Below, one piece after another: positions 9,408 to 18,554 of a DNA stretch of 42,463 nt; position 1 is the stretch's first letter; every line of letters starts with the position of its first letter. The stretch lies in contig JAHQWK010000009.1 in the NCBI GenBank assembly GCA_029856145.1, positions 1-42,463 of the forward strand, given 5' to 3'. A program made the position numbers and the translations under genes. The DNA is from Promethearchaeia archaeon (GTDB lineage: Archaea > Asgardarchaeota > Lokiarchaeia > Sigyniarchaeales > SOKP01). Below the pieces are notes generated by a model. The model made no database searches. It was not told where the DNA came from and saw nothing but the letters and a program-made list of their open reading frames with translations.

Positions 9408-9827
9408 TTATTGACTAGAACTAATTATTCTATTAGTTTCTTCTCTGATACTTTGAATTATATTCAAAAGTTGGGCAAAATAAAGATTATCTGTCACTGC
9501 TTTTGAAGCTTGTTTTATTATATCAATAGCTTTTTTTTCTTCTTCTGTAATTGCTTCGATAGATTTTTTATCCCAAAGTTCTTTTATTTTTTGATTAAAA
9601 TCAACAGAAAGGTCTGAAAGACTTTTTGTAGACTGAACTCGGAACTGTTTTAAAACTTCTACTATCAATCTAATATTTTCTGTCATAGCTACTGTTTGCT
9701 CAGAGAAAGTTTGAGTCATTTGAGTAATAGACCCGCTCATTTGGTGGATTTGAGCTATAGTTCCATCTAGCGAAGCCATAATTTGATTTATTTTTTGAAT
9801 CATTTCATCAAGTAGTTGTTCTGCCAA
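9408..9827 (-). CDS. Coiled-coil hypothetical protein
   Basis: 139 aa heptad-rich; GGTGA then TTG start. Confidence 0.7.
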   Translation of the reverse strand: MAEQLLDEMIQKINQIMASLDGTIAQIHQMSGSITQMTQTFSEQTVAMTENIRLIVEVLKQFRVQSTKSLSDLSVDFNQKIKELWDKKSIEAITEEEKKAIDIIKQASKAVTDNLYFAQLLNIIQSIREETNRIISSSQ

Positions 9828-9859
9828 TTAGTTTCACCCATTATTATTATTTTAAAATG

Positions 9860-10273
9860 TTATTCTACTACCTCTTCTTCTTTAATAGATTCTTTAAGGC
9901 TTTTAACAGAATCAATCGCTTCTGATAGTAATAAATTTACGGTCTCTTGATTAAGAACACTCTCAGAAAGCTTAGAAAAATCCTCAAGTTTCTTGATTAA
10001 ATTTTTAAGAGCATCTAAACCTAAACCTTCTTGAATTAGTTTTAATTCCGTAGTTGTTCCTGCTCCAATTTCCTTAACAACATCAATATGTTTAGTTTGT
10101 GTAACGTTAATCTCATTAGAAAATTCCTCTAATTTTGCTGTTAAATTTGAAATTTTTTCTTCAATATTTAGATTAAGGCCATCTAATGATGTTTTTAACT
10201 CTTGAATTGCTTGGCCTAATTGTGCTATTCTTTTATAAATGTTCTGAAGGAGATCTGTTAACATTTCAGCCAT
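9860..10273 (-). CDS. Coiled-coil hypothetical protein
   Basis: 137 aa heptad-rich; similar size and N-terminus to the neighbouring gene. Confidence 0.7.
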   Translation of the reverse strand: MAEMLTDLLQNIYKRIAQLGQAIQELKTSLDGLNLNIEEKISNLTAKLEEFSNEINVTQTKHIDVVKEIGAGTTTELKLIQEGLGLDALKNLIKKLEDFSKLSESVLNQETVNLLLSEAIDSVKSLKESIKEEEVVE

Positions 10274-10418
10274 TGTATATCAACTTCTTTTTTTTAAAAT
10301 TAACTAAAGTCTCATTTTTTTCTTCAATTATAAATATAACAGATTACACCAATAAAAAAATTTTTATCTTTTTTCTGATTTAATTAGTTTATAATAATTA
10401 AACATTTTCAATTTATTT

Positions 10419-10592
10419 GGGCCATTTGCTTAGCTCTCATCTGAAGTTTCTCTGGATGACTGAAATGGTTAACAGGTTTGCAAGCTTGGTCAACAAGCGC
10501 AGGTCTTATAAATGACCGTCGGACATACAGCAAATAAATTTGTCCGAGAAAGTAAAAGCCTGAGATCCGGGGTTCAAATCCCCGATGGCCCA
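10419..10592 (+). tRNA. tRNA with three introns (10436-10465, 10472-10494, ~10511-10556); probable tRNA-Ile(TAT)
   Basis: Acceptor GGGCCAT/ATGGCCC+A; T-arm CGGGG-TTCAAAT-CCCCG; spliced D-arm GCTT-AGCTTGGTTA-AAGC; anticodon stem CAGGT/GCCTG with loop CT-TAT-AA; TTTATAA box ~25-30 nt upstream. Anticodon identity is less certain than tRNA status. Confidence 0.82.
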
Positions 10593-10723
10593 TTTTAATT
10601 AGATTTTTAAACTAGTCACATCGATTTATGGTAAAAAGTTCGTGAAACATCTATTTTACGTTTTTTCATATATATCTCAAGAATATTTCTAGATATATTA
10701 GAAGAATACCTTAGAAATAAGTT

Positions 10724-11404
10724 CTATTTATCTAAATTTGAACTAATTAACTCAAGGAGCCATCTTTTTATTTGTGTGAGGTTTTTAAGAATCCCGGGAA
10801 CAAGATTATCAGGAAATAAGTGTTCTGGTTCTAGTCTTTGAGCAATTTCCATCCACTTATTTAAAGCTAATTGCACTAAACTTGCACCTTCAGCTTCCAT
10901 AAATATTGGAACAACAGCAGCTGATTCTCTTGCATCCCCTATTGCAAAATAGATTTTTCGATTTATTCCTTTTAACATTACCAAGTTAGCGCATTCATCA
11001 AGTTTTCTTTCAACTAAAATGCTTTTTAAAATCTGAGTTTTCAGTTCTGTATCCTTTTTAGCAAATAATTCTTTTCTCCTTTTTAGTAAAGGTTGAATTT
11101 CTAATGTTACTTTATCACCAGTAGTCCCTTCACTAAAGTATTTAGTGATTTTTAGAGATTTATCTAAAGCTTCTATTGCTGCAAATTTTTTGCTATTTGA
11201 ATAAAAGACTGCTATAGAACCACCTTCATCTTCACTTGAAGATTGTTTTATATAGATATTTCTCATAGCAACTGAATTACATGTATGGTAGGCTAATTCA
11301 AATAACTCTCGAGGGAGTAAAGGATAATATACTTCTTCTATTTGTTTAGAAAGCCATTGAGAAGTAATGACATTATTAAATTGGTTTAAAAGCCGGTTTT
11401 CCAT
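10724..11404 (-). CDS. Hypothetical protein
   Basis: 226-aa ORF with AGGAG RBS; no recognised motif. Confidence 0.7.
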   Translation of the reverse strand: MENRLLNQFNNVITSQWLSKQIEEVYYPLLPRELFELAYHTCNSVAMRNIYIKQSSSEDEGGSIAVFYSNSKKFAAIEALDKSLKITKYFSEGTTGDKVTLEIQPLLKRRKELFAKKDTELKTQILKSILVERKLDECANLVMLKGINRKIYFAIGDARESAAVVPIFMEAEGASLVQLALNKWMEIAQRLEPEHLFPDNLVPGILKNLTQIKRWLLELISSNLDK

Positions 11405-11527
11405 TACGAACTCCTAACTAACGATTTTAAATCGTTCAAATAATTTTTATTAAAATATAGAACTACTAGTTTTTATTTATTTTTATTTCTGTTTAAATAG
11501 AATAATAAAAAATTTGAAATATTTTTA

Positions 11528-12892
11528 TTATTGAACTATTTGATTATACGCTTTTTCAAATCTCTCCACAGCAGAAACGATATCTTTTTCTGTTGCTCCA
11601 ATTGCAGCATTCATTACAATATAAGGAGTTGGATAATTACTACAACATGTCCCAAATGCATTTTCTTTTGGGTTATATACTCTTGGTCCTGTTACTCTTA
11701 AATTATATAATGCTCCACCAAGAGCATATAATTTTTCTTCTTTCATATTTTTTAATGATAGTGCTACTGCAACTGGATTATAAATATCGAGAATTCTTTC
11801 ATTTAATATTTCAGCAATTTCACTTAGTTTCGTTTCAAGAATTTTACGGTTTTTTTGTTGTTCCTCAATTAATTTCTGATAACCATTAATCCCAATTGAT
11901 AACATTGAAATTAAGAAATTCACAACTGGGGTGGCTGAGGCACGACCGGCGTATCCTTGGCTGATTTTTATTATATTTTCTTTTGAGGGGGAGGCAATTA
12001 CTGCTCCACCAACGGGTGTAAGAAAATTTTTATCTGTTGATTGAATAATAGCATCTACTCTTCCTGCATCGATTCCAGATCGAATTAATTTCATCCATTC
12101 TGGGCTTTGAACACCATATGCGTTTATAACGATATGGACAAGATTATTCTCTTGTGCAAATTTGCTTATTTCTTTAATATTATCATGTTCTCGAGGCGGA
12201 AAAAAGCTAGTAAGTGAGATGATCGCAAAACAGTCATCATCCAAATTATTTTTTATTTCCTCAACTGGAATTCTGACCGCATCCCCAAAAATCTGTCCTG
12301 GGACAATTTTTGCTTTAAAACCCATGAAATCAATCGATTTTAAAAGGGATTTATGATCGATTTGAGGAACTAAAACTGTTCTCTTATAATTTAAATTATC
12401 TTCACTCTGATCTTGTTTCAAAGCTCCTAAAGCTAAAGATAACGACATTCCTGTGCATACGGGTACTACAATTGCATCTTTTATGTTTGGTAATCCAGTA
12501 TTTCTCAATATGTTTCGAGCTAAATAGTTAGAAAGTTCATACATTATTGAAGCTCCAGGTGCTTTTGGCTGAGCGGCCGTTAAAAAACCACTTCTTCCTA
12601 CACCATGACAAAATCCCGCGGAAGTTCTTAAGTGTAATTTTGAAGCGATTCTCGCTTCTCTTTCACCTACTCTAGCGGCGCTATTATCTTTATCTGTATC
12701 CATATTTGAAAGAGTCTGGAGGAGGAACTCAATTTGTTCGTCAGTCCAAGGTTCAATAGGTACAGATCTTTGTTCAAAAAGGATTTTTATAGGTTTCAAG
12801 AACTCATTTAAAACAAGTTGACCTCTATTTAGCATATTTTCAGGAATATTCAACCTTTCAAAAAAATCTGTTATTTTATTAAAATCAACCAT
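11528..12892 (-). CDS. spcS: O-phosphoseryl-tRNA(Sec) selenium transferase (SepSecS)
   Basis: 'GEREARI', 'HGVGRSG..AAQPKAPG', 'QSTDKNFLTPVGG' (PLP lysine), 'YAGRAS'; ATG 12892 (or GTG 12901); directly downstream of tRNA-Sec. Confidence 0.96.
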   Translation of the reverse strand: MVDFNKITDFFERLNIPENMLNRGQLVLNEFLKPIKILFEQRSVPIEPWTDEQIEFLLQTLSNMDTDKDNSAARVGEREARIASKLHLRTSAGFCHGVGRSGFLTAAQPKAPGASIMYELSNYLARNILRNTGLPNIKDAIVVPVCTGMSLSLALGALKQDQSEDNLNYKRTVLVPQIDHKSLLKSIDFMGFKAKIVPGQIFGDAVRIPVEEIKNNLDDDCFAIISLTSFFPPREHDNIKEISKFAQENNLVHIVINAYGVQSPEWMKLIRSGIDAGRVDAIIQSTDKNFLTPVGGAVIASPSKENIIKISQGYAGRASATPVVNFLISMLSIGINGYQKLIEEQQKNRKILETKLSEIAEILNERILDIYNPVAVALSLKNMKEEKLYALGGALYNLRVTGPRVYNPKENAFGTCCSNYPTPYIVMNAAIGATEKDIVSAVERFEKAYNQIVQ

Positions 12893-12914
12893 AAAAAACA
12901 CTTTATGTATAATT

Positions 12915-13007
12915 TGGCGGCCCTCGAGGGGAATCGAACCCCTATCCCTCCGCAGGATAACTGGGTTTGAAGCCCAGTGTCAGAGACCACTCCAACCGTC
13001 AAGGGCC
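12915..13007 (-). tRNA. selC: tRNA-Sec(TCA), 9/4 fold, CCA encoded
   Basis: 9-bp acceptor GGCCCTTGA/TCGAGGGCC, 7-bp D-stem GTTGGAG/CTCTGAC, anticodon loop CT-TCA-AA, long variable arm, 4-bp T-stem GGGG/CCCC, G73-CCA. Confidence 0.96.
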
Positions 13008-13101
13008 ATACATAATAAATATTTCTAATTCAATTTATTTATCTTTTTAAAAGAAGTTTTTGGTTATTTTTAATGGTATAACCAATAAATAATATATTTA
13101 A

Positions 13102-14316
13102 TTAGAAGAATTCTGATATTTTTTTTCCTTCTTCAAAAATACAATTAGCCTTCTCCATAATATCAGGGATATTAATTTGTTGAGGGCACTTTTCAAGACA
13201 CTCCCCACATTGAATACATAAACTTGCTGCTCCTTCTACCTCTTCTTCTTCAGAAAGCCTTTTTTCCAATTCTTCTGGTGTTTTTGCCATCCTATTATAG
13301 AAAAATAATAGTCTATCTTTACGTTGTTCACCCCAGTATCCTAATTCATTTAACAATCTAAAGATCCATGTAATAGCAACACCATTCGGACATGGCAAGC
13401 AATATCTACAACTAGTACAAGGCACGAGATCATATTTATCGTATTTTTTTCGTAATTTGGAAATAGTATGCAACTCTTCTGCAGATAAACTATTTTTTGC
13501 GGAGTTATTTGCTGATTCGATATTTTCTTTTACTTGTTGCATATTGCTCATTCCACTTAATACAACGGAGACTTCATGATGATTCCAAACGAATTGTAAA
13601 GCCCAATCAGCCATAGTTCTTTTGACTTTTGATTTATCTAGAATCGCTTTAATATCTGGTTTCGTATCTAATTTTTCATATGGAATAGCCAACTTGCCAC
13701 CTCGAATAGGTTCCATGATTATTAATGCAATGTTCTTACTTCCAGCATATTCTACTCCTTTGGTACCTGCTTGATATTCTACATCAAGATAATTAAATTG
13801 AATTTGACAACAATCCCAATTATAATAATCAATTATTTCTTTAAAGACATCAAAATTATCATGAAAGGAAAATCCTGTGTATTTAAATAATCCTTTCTCC
13901 TTCGTTTCCTCCAATTTTTCAACTAAATTTAACTTTTTGATTTTCTCTAGTCGGTTTTTAGTTAAACCATGGAACAGATAAATATCGGGTTTAGTTTGTA
14001 ATCTCTCAATCTGTTCACCGAGAAATTTATCAAAATCCTCCCTTTTCTTAACTAACCACATTGGTAATTTTGTTGTGAGATGAACTTTCTCACGATAACC
14101 ATCTTGGAGCGCCTTTCCCACAATTACTTCACTTTCCCCGTTGTGGTAAGGATATGCGGTATCGATATAATTTACTCCATTATCAATAGCATAACGAATC
14201 ATTTTAATAGCTTCTTCTTCATTAACAGTCGTTTGATTAATCATAGGAAATCGCATAGCTCCAAATCCAAGAACAGATACTTCCCAGTCAAGGGATCCCA
14301 TTTTTCTATACTTCAT
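13102..14316 (-). CDS. Aldo/keto reductase with C-terminal 4Fe-4S domain
   Basis: 'LGFGAMR', 'IDTAYPY', 'CTSCRYCLPCP', 'CIQCGECLEKCP'. Confidence 0.92.
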   Translation of the reverse strand: MKYRKMGSLDWEVSVLGFGAMRFPMINQTTVNEEEAIKMIRYAIDNGVNYIDTAYPYHNGESEVIVGKALQDGYREKVHLTTKLPMWLVKKREDFDKFLGEQIERLQTKPDIYLFHGLTKNRLEKIKKLNLVEKLEETKEKGLFKYTGFSFHDNFDVFKEIIDYYNWDCCQIQFNYLDVEYQAGTKGVEYAGSKNIALIIMEPIRGGKLAIPYEKLDTKPDIKAILDKSKVKRTMADWALQFVWNHHEVSVVLSGMSNMQQVKENIESANNSAKNSLSAEELHTISKLRKKYDKYDLVPCTSCRYCLPCPNGVAITWIFRLLNELGYWGEQRKDRLLFFYNRMAKTPEELEKRLSEEEEVEGAASLCIQCGECLEKCPQQINIPDIMEKANCIFEEGKKISEFF

Positions 14317-14565
14317 ATTTTAGTCCCATTCTTTTTTATGATAGATATTCTAAATTTAGAAGGATAATTGAAATTTATTATTAATTTTTATCAAGAAATT
14401 AAGTTTTCATCATAATATTGTGTAGATATTATAAGTTTTAATAAAATAACTTCTTCAAAATAAAAGTAATTTAAATAGCGAGTTACTAAATTTTGACTGT
14501 TTTTCTCTTTATAAATATCTAACTGTTATCTATTTAAAAGAATATTATTAAAAAAGTGAAAACGT

Positions 14566-14721
14566 ATGAGCAGTGATCTAGAGTTAGAAATCGATTTGAA
14601 TTTAATTGAATGTCCCTTTTTTCCATCGTGTGCACTTCCAAAAATACAATTTTTATGCAAAATCCCAGAGTGTAAAAACTGCCCCGATTATATTTTTAAA
14701 TTACAGAAAATTAGAAAATAA
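14566..14721 (+). CDS. Small Cys-rich protein (51 aa; not in ORF track)
   Basis: MSSDLELEIDLNLIECPFFPSCALPKIQFLCKIPECKNCPDYIFKLQKIRK*; AAGTGA RBS; stops 4 nt before the convergent neighbour. Confidence 0.6.
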   Translation: MSSDLELEIDLNLIECPFFPSCALPKIQFLCKIPECKNCPDYIFKLQKIRK

Positions 14722-14725
14722 AGAG

Positions 14726-15448
14726 TTAAAATTTACTAGTAATTTGGTTTCTATGTTTAATATATTCCTTCAGATGTTTGATTTTTTCAAGTTTAAAGCG
14801 CTCTAACCCTAATTCTGACATAGTAAGTTCATAAATTTTTTCAATGAATATGACAATTAAGAAAGCAGTAGCACCCCATACCGTGTATTTCTGAGCATTT
14901 TCATCATCGATGTAATTAAAGTAAAAAATAGGAAACTTTTTTTCTTCAATATCAACAGCTTGTTCTCTAAAATTAGTCTTACTTGTGAAAAAATCAATTG
15001 GAATTTTTAAGATTCTTTGAACCTCTCTCTCGTCTCTTACTAAAACTTGATTTTTATCAATAATTCCTAAAAATGGTGTGATAATATAACGTGTCATAGT
15101 AGGAAAGTCATCCAAACATCCCAAAATAGTAATATTTTCACGATGTACACCTATTTCTTCTTCTGTTTCTCTTAATGCTGTATCTCTTAAAGATTTATCA
15201 AGTTGGGGCTCAAATTTTCCTCCAGGAAATGACATTTCCCCCCGATGTCTTGTACCCTTATCTGAACGATGAATCAAAACTAGTTCATATGGTTTATCTT
15301 GATGTGGAATTATTGTAAAAAGAACAGCGGAACTTGTAAAAAAATCATCTTTAATGGAGACTCGTAATGGAGATTCGCAAGGATATAAGGCATTCTTAAT
15401 TAAATCTCTATTAAAAATTAAGTTTGCTGTATCCATTTGTTTTAGCAA
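14726..15448 (-). CDS. CoA pyrophosphatase (Nudix, NudL/Pcd1-like)
   Basis: 'HRGEMSFPGGK...TALRETEEEIG', 'VWGATA'. Confidence 0.9.
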   Translation of the reverse strand: MLKQMDTANLIFNRDLIKNALYPCESPLRVSIKDDFFTSSAVLFTIIPHQDKPYELVLIHRSDKGTRHRGEMSFPGGKFEPQLDKSLRDTALRETEEEIGVHRENITILGCLDDFPTMTRYIITPFLGIIDKNQVLVRDEREVQRILKIPIDFFTSKTNFREQAVDIEEKKFPIFYFNYIDDENAQKYTVWGATAFLIVIFIEKIYELTMSELGLERFKLEKIKHLKEYIKHRNQITSKF

Positions 15449-15519
15449 AAATTTTAAGACATTATATATTTAAAAAACATAATATTTTATTCTAATAAAG
15501 TTTTTACAAGAGATTAACC

Positions 15520-15813
15520 ATGAAACTTCCGAAGGAGATTAAAGATAAAAAAGAATTAACCAGATTGGCAAAAAGTAAAAAATGCTCCATAAAGGGTTGT
15601 GGTGAAATTGCTATTCGTTCACTTTCAGAAAATTCTTGGAAAAATTATATTGAAAAAGCAGATCTAAAATTTAATACTAATTCTTTTCATAAGATTTATT
15701 TGTGTAAATCCCATTATCATCAATCCAATAAATATAGGAAATCACAAGAAAAGATATTTCAGAAAAAAGGATTCTTAGATAATTCAGCAGCGGCTAAAAA
15801 AGGAAAATGGTAA
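15520..15813 (+). CDS. Small basic zinc-finger-like protein
   Basis: 'CSIKGC...YLCKSHY' (C3H ligand pattern); GGAG-like RBS. Confidence 0.65.
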   Translation: MKLPKEIKDKKELTRLAKSKKCSIKGCGEIAIRSLSENSWKNYIEKADLKFNTNSFHKIYLCKSHYHQSNKYRKSQEKIFQKKGFLDNSAAAKKGKW

Positions 15814-15991
15814 TATTAAGGAATTAATACCATTTGTTCATAAATAGAATTTAACATTAGATGTTGTCCTTGAATAATTCCAATCGCTAAAAGTGATAAT
15901 CCTATTAGCAAAATTATGATTGCAATTAATTTATTTCTCATATTTATCGAGTATTAAAATATTTGTTAATAAAATATTTTTACGAAAAATC

Positions 15992-16861
15992 CTACTTTGT
16001 CAAATTTTCTAATGTTTTAATTTTAGTTTTGATTTTTTTTAGTCTTAGGTCAAAACCTTTATCTTTTTTCTTATATTCATCTTCCGTTATCTCTTTTGCG
16101 TGAAATCTACCTTTATTAAGTTTTCTTTCACCTGATAATTCTGCTTTTTCCAATTTTAAATCTTGAATCCATAATTTCATTCCTGCGATTAAATCATCTT
16201 TCTCATTTTCTAAGTCAGATTTTTCTTGTTTATATTTTTCTCTTAATTTTTCAAAAGATTCTTTATCAACTTTATGTAATTTATGCTCTCTTGCTAGATT
16301 TTCGAGTTGAAATACTTTAGTATCAATATCATTTGTAATCCTTTGTACAATAAAAGGCTCTTCTAAATTTTGTTTAATTACACTTTCTTTTTGTTTCAAT
16401 TCGCTTATTAACGTCTTTAGGGCCTCTAATTTTATATTTATTTCTTTTTTAAAATTTGTATCATAATCATACCTAGGATCTTTAGTGGATTTTGAAATTT
16501 CAGTTAATTTTTCTACTAGGACTTTTTTATTTAGTTGTATGTCATTAAACTCAATATAATAAACCATTTGTTCTTTTACTTCTTCTGGAAGAGGTTTAAC
16601 ATCTCCAGTTTCTTTTACTTTTTTGAATAATTTTTTTTTCTTATATTCTGATTCCTCATCCAGAATTTCTTCACTCTTTTCTTCTTTTATTTCTTCTACC
16701 TTCTTTTCAACTGGTTTAACTTCTTCTTCTTTCACAGCTTCTTGAATTTTAGGTTTCTTTTCTCGTTTAGGAAGATCAGTAAGCTGAGGTTTACCACATA
16801 TAATACAGAACTTATCGGATGGTTTCGTAGGATTTCCGCAATAGGGACAAAATTTACTCAT
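15992..16861 (-). CDS. Zinc-ribbon plus coiled-coil protein
   Basis: 'FCPYCG...FCIICG', low-complexity E/K linker, long helical C-terminus. Confidence 0.75.
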   Translation of the reverse strand: MSKFCPYCGNPTKPSDKFCIICGKPQLTDLPKREKKPKIQEAVKEEEVKPVEKKVEEIKEEKSEEILDEESEYKKKKLFKKVKETGDVKPLPEEVKEQMVYYIEFNDIQLNKKVLVEKLTEISKSTKDPRYDYDTNFKKEINIKLEALKTLISELKQKESVIKQNLEEPFIVQRITNDIDTKVFQLENLAREHKLHKVDKESFEKLREKYKQEKSDLENEKDDLIAGMKLWIQDLKLEKAELSGERKLNKGRFHAKEITEDEYKKKDKGFDLRLKKIKTKIKTLENLTK

Positions 16862-17104
16862 AAAATCATCAATTTTAAGATGTTTTAATATCCATTATTT
16901 AAGAAAAATAAAACTTTAATTATAAGTCTATTAGAGTCCAATATTTAAAAGAATTATTATGTTAATAATCAAGTTTCTTTCTTTTTAGACTGTCAAAAAA
17001 TCTAAAAATCGTATGAAACTCAAATAATTTTTCGAAATATGCAAAATTTTATATCATATTCAGTAAAAATGTATAAATTTTTTTGATGTTTTTAGTTATT
17101 AAAG

Positions 17105-18523
17105 ATGGACATTGAAAAGAAAATCCCAATTCACATCGGATTATTTGGACATATTGATTCTGGGAAGACTGCAATAGCAGAAGTACTTAGTCAAATAATT
17201 TCCACAGCGGGTATTGATGCGCATCCTCAAAGTAAAGAACGTGGTATTACTATTGATTTAGGTTTTACTAGTTTCTTACTTGACAAGTACTTAGTTACAT
17301 TAGTAGATGGTCCAGGTCATGCTGATTTAATAAAAATTAGTGCTTCCTCTGTAGAAATTATTGATTGTGGTTTAATCGTTATTGATATTAATAAAGGTCC
17401 TCAAGTTCAAACTGGAGAACATCTTGTTATGGTTGAATCTCTTAAGATCGATAACCTCATTGTTGTTCTCAATAAAATTGATCTATTCACTGGTAATATT
17501 GAAGAAAAAATAAAAATAACAAGAGAATTTTTTGGTTCAACCCCTTTTGGTTACGGTGTACCTATTTTTGCTGTTTCTGCAAAAAATAAGATTGGATTTG
17601 AAGAATTAAAAGAGGGAATTCTAAAAACTATAGAATCTTTAAAAGTTGAGAGAAATATAAAAGGAGATGTTATAATTCCTGTTGATCATCACTTTCCTAT
17701 AAAAGGAATAGGGGCAATATTAACTGGTACAATATTGAATGGTTCTTTAAATATAAACCAAAATTTAGAAATTTTACCAATAAAAACCTCCGGCAGAGTT
17801 AAAAACATTCAAATATTTCACCAAAATGTTGAGTCAGCAAAAGCAGGTGATAGAGTGGGTATTAATATAAAGGGAATTGATTTGAAAAAAGTTTTTCGAG
17901 GTTGCTATGCTACATCCAATCCTAATGCTTTTGAAAATAGCAATATAATTGAGGTAAAAGTAAATAATAATACTTTATTCAAACCCAAAACAAGTTTCGG
18001 GACTCAAATGCATATTACTATTGGAATGTTTACTACTACTGGAAATATTTATCCTTACTATGAATTGGATGGAAAGAGAATTCAAACAACAGTATCAAAT
18101 AAAGATCGAGGATTTAAAGCAATAATCTTATTCAAAGAAAAAGTTTTATTCAGGAAGAAGAATATGTTTATGTTACTCAGCAGATTAGATTTACCTCCAA
18201 CTACTTTAAGAATATTAGGATCAGCAGAATTATTGAAAATTTATAATAAACCACCTATATTTTATAAATATAAAACTAAAAAAGGAAGTATTAAAAATCC
18301 AGATCATCCTGAAGGAATTATTTGTACTGGTTTAGCACAAAGCGTAGCTGGTGCGAAAAAGCTTATTGGTAAAATATTAGAACCGCCCTTTACCAAGATT
18401 TTAAATACTTTTGGTACTAAAGGTGCTGTAATAGTGGGTAGTAAAGACCCAAAAAAACTGGCACAGAGAGGAGATCCAGTATTACTCAAAGAATTAAGAA
18501 ACTTTCATCTAAAAAACATTTAA
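17105..18523 (+). CDS. selB: Selenocysteine-specific elongation factor (aSelB/EFSec)
   Basis: 'GHIDSGKT', 'SKERGITIDLGF', 'DGPGHADL', 'NKID', 'DHHFPIKGIG', C-terminal 'TFGTKG'; near selC/SepSecS. Confidence 0.93.
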   Translation: MDIEKKIPIHIGLFGHIDSGKTAIAEVLSQIISTAGIDAHPQSKERGITIDLGFTSFLLDKYLVTLVDGPGHADLIKISASSVEIIDCGLIVIDINKGPQVQTGEHLVMVESLKIDNLIVVLNKIDLFTGNIEEKIKITREFFGSTPFGYGVPIFAVSAKNKIGFEELKEGILKTIESLKVERNIKGDVIIPVDHHFPIKGIGAILTGTILNGSLNINQNLEILPIKTSGRVKNIQIFHQNVESAKAGDRVGINIKGIDLKKVFRGCYATSNPNAFENSNIIEVKVNNNTLFKPKTSFGTQMHITIGMFTTTGNIYPYYELDGKRIQTTVSNKDRGFKAIILFKEKVLFRKKNMFMLLSRLDLPPTTLRILGSAELLKIYNKPPIFYKYKTKKGSIKNPDHPEGIICTGLAQSVAGAKKLIGKILEPPFTKILNTFGTKGAVIVGSKDPKKLAQRGDPVLLKELRNFHLKNI

Positions 18524-18554
18524 ATTTTTAAAAATTAATATTATCTTAAGAGAA

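Noticed and set aside
10419-10592. UAU tRNA acting as an initiator for the ATA-start genes
   Set aside because: It lacks the initiator hallmarks (A1-U72 pair, three consecutive G-C pairs in the anticodon stem).
10408-10593. 61-aa minus-strand ORF
   Set aside because: It is the antisense of the three-intron tRNA.
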